Source of the DNA: Rhodosorus marinus CCMP1338
Lineage: Eukaryota; Plantae; Rhodophyta
Assembly: GCA_029953675.1 (NCBI GenBank)
Contig: JAMWBK010000005.1
Location: 124,001 to 188,000 of the forward strand
Reading direction: 5' to 3'
DNA: 64,000 nucleotides
Shown here piece after piece: positions 54,201-64,000 of this stretch. The position numbers and the translations under genes are program-made. Each line of letters opens with the position of its first letter. Positions within the stretch are counted from its first letter, which is position 1. The notes below the pieces were generated by a model that was not told where the DNA came from, searched no databases, and saw only the letters and a list, made by a program, of their open reading frames with translations.

Positions 54201-54834
54201 GTCCGATAAATGTTTATCAGACCTGAATTTCGAAATAATAGACTACCTTTGCTGGGATTCCCGTCCGATATAAGTTTCTCGGACCAGCATAGGATAGAAA
54301 CAAGAGGTTTCGTGCAATAAATGGTCCGATAAACGACCGCTTGCAATCCGATATTCAAAACTCCTTTGTGTTGGCGCTTGGCACTTACACTACCAATCCT
54401 TGCCAACCCCCAAAAAGCTCAAACTGTGGAAAACTGGGACTTCACAACCTTAACCAAAAATGTGACAGCCTGTCGATTTCAGAAATAATCATGATTCATT
54501 ACATCAACTATGACAGCTTCTCATGCCGAAACGTAATCGAAACGTAATCATAATTCATGATAATATCGAGAGTTTCTTCCTCTTCCAAGAAGTAATCATA
54601 GTGCCATGGATAGTCCGGAGATCTTTGAATATCGGACGATTTGTTGGAGCCGTTTATCGGACGCAATTGGACCTGTTGTTTTAAAGAATTTCAATCACAC
54701 ACCCTTTGCGTTTCTACTATTTTGCAATTTTCAACCTATTGAAAATTTATCGGCGCGCGTCTTTTTTTTTCAACCTATTGAAAATTTATCGACGCGCGTC
54801 CGATAAACGCTATTGGACGACCTGTGCAACCCTA
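51211..54834. mobile_element. hAT-like non-autonomous DNA transposon ends (left ends at 51211 and ~54158; right end 54834) with CCGATAAA subterminal repeats
   Basis: TAGGGTTG...CAACCCTA termini; many CCGATAA/TTATCGG motifs near the ends; no transposase recognised. Confidence 0.55.
51930..52750 (-). pseudogene. Degenerate Ty3/gypsy RT-RNaseH relic
   Basis: VIFLGDILVYCKTEAEH...YLGFRI resembles the YLDDILVYS...EH...YLG region. Confidence 0.5.
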
Positions 54835-55837
54835 CCGGGTATACTCTTGTGGTAAACCTAAAACGCCCTTCTGGGGTACGATCACTCGTATATCATGAAA
54901 CGGCTCCAATGGGTTCTCCGGGGAAGGTGACCAAAAGGCGCCTCAGCGCATGATCCGAAAACGGCGTCACTCAAATGTGGGATGCGGAGACTAGATTTCA
55001 AGACCCCAAAATCGAAAAAGGTTTTGATTGGCGTATCCAAGTCTTGTATATCTTTTTTTCGTCTTGAGCTGCCACCCAACAACACACCAGTCGTCCTCTA
55101 TCTCCTATCGACGCAACCCAGACTTGCTTAGCCGCTCAGCCGAAAGGAGTCGAGGCAACAACGCCGCAACACGCTCACAAGGGACGGGTTTATTGGGAAT
55201 GCAAGAATATTTGGGGGGTTGGGGGTATCATCAACATCCCGGCTATAGTACCAGCATCATGCGTTAATCACCAACAAATTCATTCAGTTTACTGCTGCAC
55301 CGAGGTCGGGTTCTTAATCTAATTGCTTTTTGTGTGTCGACATTTCTCGGATACCTACCACATTGGTATAGCAAAATGTGTTCAGTATCGGAGCGAGTAA
55401 CCTTCCAACACCAGCGAAACGCCACACTTGCTCGACCTTCCATGTGCGGAGCCACCAGCCGCACCGTAGAAAAACAAAATGACCCTCCAAACAATGCAAA
55501 AATTGTCCAGAAAAAAGCCCCGATAAGCGGGGGTGCTCCATCTTTTTCAATTTTATCTTTTTCTGAGCTCAATTTCGGCCAGTTGCTTTCACGCTGAAGA
55601 GACTCGGTTTTTGGATAGTGATAGCAATTCTACACATCATTGCTGAGTGTAAAACGGCGCGAGCAAAACAGTGAACGGACGATTGGTCAGCATGAGAGTA
55701 CCAGTTGGGGATAGGTAGGGGCGCGTGAGCGTTTGTGCTTCCCAGCGGAGAAAGAGTATGCGGACTGAACTTCGGTTGAGCAACTAGTTTCGGGGATGTT
55801 GGGTTGTAGCCGTGAGAGTCACCAGGCTCCCCACGGG

Positions 55838-57877
55838 ATGATGGGAATTCGTCAGGGGTGGTTAATACTGCGTTTCGCTTTAATCTTTCTTTGCGCTCTG
55901 GTTGTTGCAGCTGATGGTGAAAGCAATTTCCGCCAGATCGAGACTGCTCGCAAGTCCAACAGCTGTATTGCGAAGCTCGTTGATGTTCAGAAAGCATCAG
56001 AGGCGAAGACTCTAGCTGCCAAGTTGCAGTCTAGCACGGCCTTTTGGCACCGCGTTCCAAGGGCTCTTCCTCATCAGCAACTTTTTGATGCTTTCGTGGA
56101 CGGAGCTCGCGTGCTGGGAGGGAGAATCACTGTTTTCATGAAGCATGGAATTGCTGTTGGTGCTTTTGGGAAATCACACGAAGAATGCGACTTCTCTCAA
56201 GTGCCTAGATTAGAATTGAGCTTGGAGGAAGCTAAGAAAATCGCAAAGAAGTTTGGGAGGTCCGACGACGATGAAGGACTAAGGAAGGGCCGGTACGATG
56301 CAGAGTTGATCCTTGACCCTGTCCGTGAAATGTACATCGTTCAAGTTGAAGAGATGAGCCTAACACGCTGGACAACGTTTCATATCGACGCGAGCTATAC
56401 GGGGAAGGTTGTAGATGTGCTACACAATGAGCATATGCTTGACCCAGGTCAAGGTCGGGGTTACTTTGGGGATGTTCGGGACTTAACTGAGCTCACTACC
56501 TTGGACAAAAGTAAACAGGGGGAGCGCTACGTGCTGAGTTCTCCCTACGGGTTTTCGGAGGTTTTAGAAGCCAAATACGAGGCGGATGAAGCGAGCACGA
56601 ACATAAAAACACATCCGATAGTGGATGAGGACAACGTTTGGACGCGCAAAGACCAATCCTACACTTCGGACTTAGCCTATTTCTTGATGCTCGCGGACGA
56701 GTTTTTTTTGAGCGTTTTCGGGATAGACCTTGCATCTGAAGCTCGAATGCCCCTGCGAGGAATCGTCAGGATATCGAAGAACCTAGACAATGCATTCTTT
56801 CAGCCCCCGCTCAACTTCCTTTTCGGCGAAGGTGACGGCAAGCAGGTTCTGCCTCTATCTGCTGATGAGAGTATTGTCTCGCATGAGTGTGGCCACGGAC
56901 TGACGCACCTCACTTCGGGCTTGATCTACAGAGACTTCAGCGGGGCACTGAACGAGGCACTATCAGATATTATCGCGGTTGGTTTCGGACACCATTACAG
57001 TGGTAAGCTGGATCCCGTGATAGCGAAAAAAGCGTTCCCGGCTATGGGGGGGCTCCGAAGTATTAAGAATCCCCAGAAATTCGGTCACCCGTCACATATC
57101 AAGGACGTTGCTCATTTGGGGACTAACTTTGACAACGGCGGCGTGCATTTCAATAGCGGGGTCATCAACCATTGGTTTTATCTCTTGGCGATGGGGGGAA
57201 GCAACTCGAACAACGAAAGGCGTACCGGCAAGGTCGTTAAGGGCGTTGGGGTTGACTACGCACTGTCGGTGGCCGTGCTCTCATTCACGAGCGTTGCGTC
57301 TGATGCGGATTTCTGTGACGCCCGGGCGTCTTCCTTTAACGTGGCGGCTACCCTGTTCACAGAGGAAGAACTAAACTCAGTGCGACAAGCTTGGAATGAA
57401 GTCGGGGTGAATTCTGGTTACTGTAAGAAATCTTCCGCATCGCGAGAAAACTGTCGGGAACTTTGTGACGAGGGAATGTCTTGTGTAGTGAGAGGCAGCG
57501 CGAGCTATTGCGTACGATGTGGGTTATTCCACATGAAGCAGAGTTTGGAGACCTGGCCATGTTGCGAAGCGCATCCTGCAACTGGTAGTTGCAGGCCTGT
57601 GCGGACGCTGAAGTTCACAGACAGATGCAGAGTCCACAAGGGAATGAAAATAGTAACCGAAGAAGATGACAGACTCAACACGCGATCAAAGAAGAGCGTG
57701 AAAGCGGAAGCCTTTTGGAATGATTTCGGCTCTGTATGTCACACGTTAAACAATTTCAAAAGATACGGTGGGGTTTGTAAGATAGTCCGGAGAAGCGGTG
57801 AATGGACTTGCAGCTACAATGCTGTCAGCGAGGAGTTGCGCAGAGCGACAGAAAACCGAAACAAGAATAATCGCTGA
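55838..57877 (+). CDS. Secreted thermolysin-like (M4) zinc metallopeptidase with propeptide and Cys-rich C-terminus
   Basis: Signal peptide; NAFF, HECGH (HExxH), GALNEALSD, DNGGVHFNSG motifs; intronless. Confidence 0.92.
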   Translation: MMGIRQGWLILRFALIFLCALVVAADGESNFRQIETARKSNSCIAKLVDVQKASEAKTLAAKLQSSTAFWHRVPRALPHQQLFDAFVDGARVLGGRITVFMKHGIAVGAFGKSHEECDFSQVPRLELSLEEAKKIAKKFGRSDDDEGLRKGRYDAELILDPVREMYIVQVEEMSLTRWTTFHIDASYTGKVVDVLHNEHMLDPGQGRGYFGDVRDLTELTTLDKSKQGERYVLSSPYGFSEVLEAKYEADEASTNIKTHPIVDEDNVWTRKDQSYTSDLAYFLMLADEFFLSVFGIDLASEARMPLRGIVRISKNLDNAFFQPPLNFLFGEGDGKQVLPLSADESIVSHECGHGLTHLTSGLIYRDFSGALNEALSDIIAVGFGHHYSGKLDPVIAKKAFPAMGGLRSIKNPQKFGHPSHIKDVAHLGTNFDNGGVHFNSGVINHWFYLLAMGGSNSNNERRTGKVVKGVGVDYALSVAVLSFTSVASDADFCDARASSFNVAATLFTEEELNSVRQAWNEVGVNSGYCKKSSASRENCRELCDEGMSCVVRGSASYCVRCGLFHMKQSLETWPCCEAHPATGSCRPVRTLKFTDRCRVHKGMKIVTEEDDRLNTRSKKSVKAEAFWNDFGSVCHTLNNFKRYGGVCKIVRRSGEWTCSYNAVSEELRRATENRNKNNR

Positions 57878-58767
57878 TTCGCAGATGGTGTTGTTGGTTG
57901 GGGTGCCATGAACGTGGTTAATAATTAGCGGCAGAATGTACCTTTCTGATAATCGTGACTTTGAACTTTTAGTTGGTAAATACTATGGCGAATATTATGA
58001 GCTATGCATGGACCAAAAGTTTTGTAGCTTTTATGAACTTCCATGAATTTACTTCTCTGTCATACTGGCGTGCTGCTTGGCGGCCCTCAGTCGTTCCAGA
58101 CGCCATTCCATGGAAGTGGTGGAACAAAGAACTGGATAGGAAAGGAGAGCAAGTACGAAGTCGGAAATCAGCCATCCCAGAAGTCAGTGTGACCACGAGC
58201 CACGACGTGCTCTGGCCACGCGCTTTGTGAACAGTTGTTCTTGAAGGGGGATGGGTCTGGGGGGTCATGGACCGGAAGCGGTGATGGCTAACTGGGAGGA
58301 TCGGTCGTTGCGCAGTGCGATACTTGCATTTGCGCAAGCACGCCTGCGAGGGAAATTGAAATGAACACTTGCGTAGACAAGCTGAGGGCTCTCAGCACTG
58401 CAAAAGCTGGGCGAGTTAACAAGAGTATTTACTAAGAGTTATTAAGAAATCTTCAATTGGGTCTCACAGACGATGCTTGCTGAATTAAGGAACCGAGAAA
58501 GTTCCAACCGTTCAGAACCTCCCTTCGCACATAAATTTAGCGACTATTGTTTTCTTCGCCTCCTAGCAGCCTTGGGCACATACTGTTCAGGGTTGTTCCC
58601 TTGGATGTACATGTAAGCGGACAACCTCCAATTAGATCACTTGGGTTCGTGGGTAAACCTCCTTTGGTGAGGTTGTGAATACCCAGAGAATCACCTCGCA
58701 TATTTGGCACAGTCTTATCGGTGTGAATGGCGGAGCATTTTCCACAATAATCCCTGTTCAAATATTG

Positions 58768-60460
58768 CTACCGAATATCTCCAAACAAACCAGACACGAT
58801 TTCGTTCATGGCCGCGGGGGCTTCAAAGTGGGTTGGGGCTAGGAAACCAACCAACTTCTCCTGATAAAGTAGAGTAAAACTATGGTTAGGTCTTCGTCCA
58901 AACATCATCAAGATGAATGCATCTGGAAACAATATGAACTTGGCGTGTTCTGCTCACATGCGTATGGTATCGCAGCCTACGACCTTTGCTGGCCTTTCGC
59001 TCCACCTCTCTGCAGCGAACCAATACCAATGACGAAAAAGAAGAGGTTAAGTAGAGGCACAAAAGGCAACTGTTCAAAGCAACTCATTTCAACCTACTTT
59101 GGTGCCCTTCGTCCGAGCTTGCGGATCCGGGCCGTGCTCTTCCAGTCCGGTTGGTTGCCAACCTCCACAACGTCACGAATCAACTGCTGGTAGAAGTCGT
59201 TGTCGTCGAAGATTTCACTGTGATATTCTCCAATGCCAGGGTTGGCTTCAGAGTCACCTCCGAAGACCTGGATTGGCATACGTTTCAGACGCGTCCTGTT
59301 AACCAGCCTCTTCTGATCTAGCAGAACTTTATCGATTTGATCCAGAACACTCCGATTGAAAGCGCCAAGCTGCTTCTGACCTCCAGCTTCTATAGCCCGA
59401 TCAGACGACACGCTAAGGGTTTTCCTCATCCAACTATTTGATTGACGGCGCTCAGATTGAAGAATACCCCACAGATCGTCGACGCTGCTAATCCTTAACA
59501 AAGGACCTCGCTCTGAAGCTAGCCCAGACGTGGTGAGAAGCTTGGCCAAGCTCGTGCCTAATACCAATAAGTCACTTTCAGCAGACGAGACCAAGTCCAG
59601 TCGATCCGAGCGAATTGACGCTCCTTCGGGAGGCATACGATTCGCTGCTATCGCGACGGGCTGCAGACGAATTCGAAAAGAGAGGAGGCTGTCGTATAGT
59701 AGCTACCGAATCGGACGTGGTTAAGAGGCAAACGAACTCAGTGGGTACGGAAACACGTGCACACAGCGTCAAACTGCAAAAACAACTTTTTCTAGTGGCA
59801 AAAGCGAGAATACCTTCTGCTCATTTGCAGTAGTGGCAGCATCAACCTCCCGTTTTCTCTGCTTTTCCAGTCTCCGCAATTCTCGTATTTCGAATTCCCG
59901 AAACGACGCATTCGCATGGTCGTCCAGCTCTCCAACGGTTTGCATCACAACGTTCGTTTCGGAGTTATGCTCGACGAAGTTCTTCATCTCCGCTTCCGAT
60001 GACTTTCTACTCCGTTTGGAAACAAGAGGATCGTCATCAGATGGCTCGAGAACCACTGCGGCAGTACGGCTTTCCCGAAGAAGGTCCTTAGTACTCTCTT
60101 CGTGATCGTTTCGGTTCTCAAGAGACCGGCGTTCAATCCTCCGGCTTCGGTATCTGGCGGGAGAAAATAAGGTAGAAGGTAGAAGCTGAGCAGGATTCCA
60201 ATGGTGCATGGCTCAGCGAAAATTAGTCGAATCTTCTCAACATACTTCCGTGTATCCGGCGGTTGAAACTCCGGTTGAATACGTTTTCTTCTGTGGGCAG
60301 TCTCCTGACTTATGCCATCAGCGCCTTCAAGGCGAGGGCGATATAAAATCTCCGGCTTCGCCCTCGTGTCATCAAGTTCATCCTCATCCAAATCGGCGAT
60401 TTTCTCTGGCGTTGGATCAGAGGACACCGCTCCGCCTGCTAGAAAACTCATCGAGGCCAT
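58768..60460 (-). CDS. AATF: AATF/Che-1/BFR2 family protein, 5 exons
   Basis: Splicing four GT-AG introns joins PDTRK|YRSRR, LYDSLLSFRIRLQ..AANRMP, DDNDFYQQLI, K|EVERKASKGRRLRYHTH|EKLVGFLAP...LFG, the conserved AATF and TRAUB motifs. Confidence 0.88.
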
Positions 60461-61325
60461 AATAAGAAAGTACGTACGAGCAACAGTCAACTCGTCTCAC
60501 ATCCACCACTCCATATTGCTGGGGCTTTTCGAAGGGTTCACACTCGCGATGGATCACGAAACACACCCGAGACCGTTGCGCGCCTTCCGCCGAAAAGGTA
60601 GTGTCTCCCTGCCTGATTTAGCTATCTGCCTGGGTATCGCAAATTAGGGACAGGCGGCAAAGGTCGAAAACATTGAAGATACAGAGATTGTACTGATGAA
60701 GAAAACACCACTGAAATTTGAAAACTCGCCGTGCGCCAAAATCGCATAATCGTCATTTTCTACCGAAGCACCGCGCGTACTAATGCTCGAGGCAGTACTA
60801 ATAATGCGAGCGTGAAACAAGACGCAAGTGAGTGGTCCATCACAACGGAACTCGTTCAGAATATGCCCTGAGGGGCGAGTCAATCTTCCTCCGTGCTTAT
60901 TGGCTGAAGATTCTTAATGCTATTGACTGGACCTCTCAAATCCGCAGCCAATTGGCTGGACGTTGACCAACCGCAGCCCTGGAACGAATCACTGCATCTG
61001 TCCTGGACAGCTTGTCCCCCATTCTGCTGAAAACTGAAAGAAATATTTGACCCTGCAAGAAAAGCAAACGGAATTTCGAGCGAGATCATTGGACAGTGAG
61101 GACATCCTTCATTGCTTTATGTTTGAAAGTAAATTTTGAGTCATTTTTGGGGACGCACCAGAGGATCTAATTGCGTGTTCGTGCTATTCCGATTACAAGG
61201 GCTTGTATAACGGTTTCCAGGTAGTCCGATTCGGCAATGGCCCAGATTCTCTTGATGGTGGGGTGGAGTTGGGGAAGCAACTAGTGGGAAGTTTCACATA
61301 TTTGTGTGCGCAACGCTTATCTAGG

Positions 61326-62514
61326 ATGAGCCAGGATATTCTTTTTACGAAGGCGATGTCGTTTACGACGGCTTACTCGCGCAATGTAAGGCTTCCGGTG
61401 GGTATGAATCAAAGTGGAAGCAATGAGATCGTCGCAGCTTCGGCATCGGAAATCTCGCAACAATGGAATGCCCGGTATTCGCATGCAATTCCTCACACAA
61501 ACACGTACTACATGAAGTGCATGGTGGGTGGAATTTTGAGCTGTGGGCTTACCCACGCCGCAGTTACACCCTTAGATGTGACTAAGTGCAACATGCAGGT
61601 AATTAATCGAATACCACATGAACGTAGGTCGTGCTTGCTCACCGATTCTTTCTCCGAAAACAGGTGAATCCTGGAAAGTACAAAGGATTGATTAGCGGCA
61701 TGCGAATTATCCTTGCAGAGGAGGGATTCAGCGGTATTTGGAAAGGCGCTCTGCCAACTTTAATCGGATATTCGATCCAAGGACTCTTCAAGTTCGGCCT
61801 CTATGAGTACTTCAAGGATTACTACAGCACAATGGCGGGCGAGGAGAACAGCCTCAAGTATAGAGGGCTTATCTGGCTTGCGGGATCCGCATCCGCGGAG
61901 TTCATCGCCGACATTGGTCTGTGTCCAATGGAAATGGTGAAAGTTAAGATCCAAACTTCTCCAGCGGGTACTTGGCCAATTGCTTTCCTCCCCGCGTTGA
62001 GAAAGATGCAGGAAATGAAAGCAGAGACGAGATTCCCCTTCGGATCCGTAGTTCCCCTTTGGTCTCGTCAAATTCCCTACACGATGGCCAAGTTCTTCTT
62101 CTTTGAGAAGGTGAGCTTAGCCTCCAGACTTCTAAGGTTGTAGTTCATGCTTATCATTCTTTTCGTTTCTTCTTCTAGGTTGTTTCCGTCTTCTATACTT
62201 ACGTTTTTACCCAACCCAAGAGCAGCTATCCAAAGACAACACAGCTCGGAGTTACTTTCGCTTCTGGCTACATCGCCGGTGTTATCTGCGCGATTGTTTC
62301 GCATCCCGCCGACTCCATCGTTTCCTTGCTTGGAAAGGCCGAGAACAAAGGGAAGGGCTTTGGGACAATAGCGAGCGAGTTCGGATACTATAACCTCTTC
62401 ACCAGAGGCCTCGGTCCAAGAATTATCATGATTGGTACTCTGACCGGTTTGCAATGGTGGATCTACGATACGTTCAAGACGGCTTTCGGACTAGGCACAA
62501 CTGGTGGCAAATAA
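61326..62514 (+). CDS. Mitochondrial phosphate carrier (SLC25A3/MIR1/PIC2 family), 3 exons
   Basis: SCGLTHAAVTPLDVTKCNMQ|VNPGKY, PMEMVKVKIQT, RQIPYTMAKF, HPAD; introns 61599-61663 and 62111-62178. Confidence 0.95.
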
Positions 62515-63243
62515 ACTTGACCAGTTCACCCTTCGGCCTTCGTTTTTGGGTTTTGAGTAGCCTTTTGATGGCGTTCTGTGTCTCAAGGGCTTGAAGTTTT
62601 CTTCCTGAAGCCTGCATTGTTTCCTTTCTAAAGACTAATACAATTGTATTCTGATATCGAGTTACAAGGGCTCCTGAGGCAGGTCTCATCGAAAAAGCCC
62701 GCGCACTATTCTGCACAGAGTTCTGCCCAATTGCTTTCTATGGTCCCCAAGTTTTCTCTATTGGTGGGAGTGCTTTGGATTGATCGGGATTCCCTCTATA
62801 GGAACACCCGGACCCTTCGCACTGACATTCTTTTGAACCCCAGACTTTTGATGCCGAAACATAGCAGAGCTGCACAGTGAGCACTTCAGACTCAAGGAGG
62901 TCGCAAGGAAATTTGTCCCGTCCGGGCTTTTGGTCAACGCGGGTTGCTTGCAAACTCCGGTGTTAGTAGTACTACGAACAAGCATAACTAGAAAGACGTA
63001 GTAGAATTTACCGTCGTAACACGGAAGGCTTCAATCGGTCCCGTCGAATTGATAGACAGTTTGCTGAGCTTCGACTCCTGCAGTCAAGTGGGGCGTAAAC
63101 AACGGTGAGGTCATTCCGCTCTAACAACCCGGATGACTTTACAAGTAACTATATGACAATCCGCTCACGGGGACAACTAAATCGAAAACGCAACTTCACG
63201 CAGCTCGCCTATTGGATACAACATAAACCAGAGCCGGAATTAT

Positions 63244-63816
63244 CTACTTGCCAGACCGCCAATCGTCAACAGCAGTCATTAGTCTGGAAAGATCCTCTTT
63301 CAGCGGAAGTCTTATTAAATAGTTTGTTGGTTTCATGTCCCCGTCGAAGGCGGAGAATCGAACACTGCGCTCGTTCGCCTTGTCCAATCGTATGTCCTCA
63401 TATAAGTTAGCGTTCAGAATCAATCTCAAGCTCCCTTCCGAACGCATGATCAGGCGTGCTGACTTTGAGTCCTTTCCTACGTTGAGTTTCAGCTGCCCGA
63501 CACCGCGCTCTTTCCATTGAACTTTCTCAGTGCCCTCTAGTTCGTATAGCTTTGCTTTGGAGCGAAACTCTGCCTGCTCCATCTCTTCCCCATTGGACAC
63601 TGCACTCTCTCGGAGTTTTTGTATTGCTCCCTGCTGAGCGTTCGATGCCGGCTGTGAACTCTGAAACAGCAGCGGGGGTGTGGCATTGTCCGACTCCTTT
63701 TGCTGAAGTGCTGGTACTGAAAAGGAGAACGGTTTGTCTTCAGACGCCACAGCTGAAAAGGAGAATCCTTGGCCATTAGCGGACGGATTGGACTGTCCGA
63801 AGCTGAACGCACGCTT
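63244..63816 (-). CDS. RanBP1-domain protein with FSF repeats (Nup50/Nup2-like), last exon; the gene likely continues toward or past the window end
   Basis: WKERGVGQLKLN...ARLIMRSEGSLRLILNA Ran-binding domain preceded by AFSFG, GFSFS, PFSFS. Confidence 0.8.
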   Translation of the reverse strand, partial: KRAFSFGQSNPSANGQGFSFSAVASEDKPFSFSVPALQQKESDNATPPLLFQSSQPASNAQQGAIQKLRESAVSNGEEMEQAEFRSKAKLYELEGTEKVQWKERGVGQLKLNVGKDSKSARLIMRSEGSLRLILNANLYEDIRLDKANERSVRFSAFDGDMKPTNYLIRLPLKEDLSRLMTAVDDWRSGK

Positions 63817-64000
63817 CTAAAAGAAATTCATAGTAGCAAATAAATTAGAGCCTGGTCATCAGTGCTTTCTCGTCGAGAGCATTGCATAGTCGAGGATCAT
63901 GGGAGGTATAAACTTGCCTCGCTGTTTGGCCCGGACCAGCTTTCATTCAGGCCCTTCTTGTCAACTCCGTTGGACTGTGCGGCGTGCTCTGCTTTCCTGG

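Noticed and set aside
59769-60209. MFAP1-like gene suggested by EFEIRELRRLEK
   Set aside because: Splice sites join this frame to flanking AATF/BFR2 motifs; it is AATF exon 2.

Overview
Eukaryotic DNA that reads as the inner part of a left chromosome end (compact genes with 65-115 nt GT-AG introns; an alga, possibly a red alga, is a guess only). Bases 1-36.3 kb are a nested array of at least six related families of non-LTR retrotransposons with an RT plus a C-terminal CCHC/restriction-like endonuclease (RLE; CRE/MoTeR-like; informal labels A, B, C, D, F, G). Most junctions are marked by single copies of a 16-bp repeat, CCCCAGACTAACGTAA (G-strand TTACGTTAGTCTGGGG), which looks like an unusual telomere repeat. 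The array contains a full-length U2 snRNA copy fused between this repeat and a truncated element, a young Ty3/gypsy chromovirus with near-identical 300-bp LTRs, a full-length family-C element inserted with a 7-bp TSD at a telomere-like site inside the RT gene of family A, and disrupted ankyrin-like and F-box genes. Bases 36.3-55 kb are a mosaic of older retro-relics, MITE/hAT-like elements and intronless accessory genes (891-aa secreted orphan, BBE-like FAD oxidase). Bases 55-64 kb are gene dense (M4 thermolysin-like peptidase, AATF/BFR2, mitochondrial phosphate carrier, Nup50/RanBP1-domain gene). All assignments are by eye; no searches were run.
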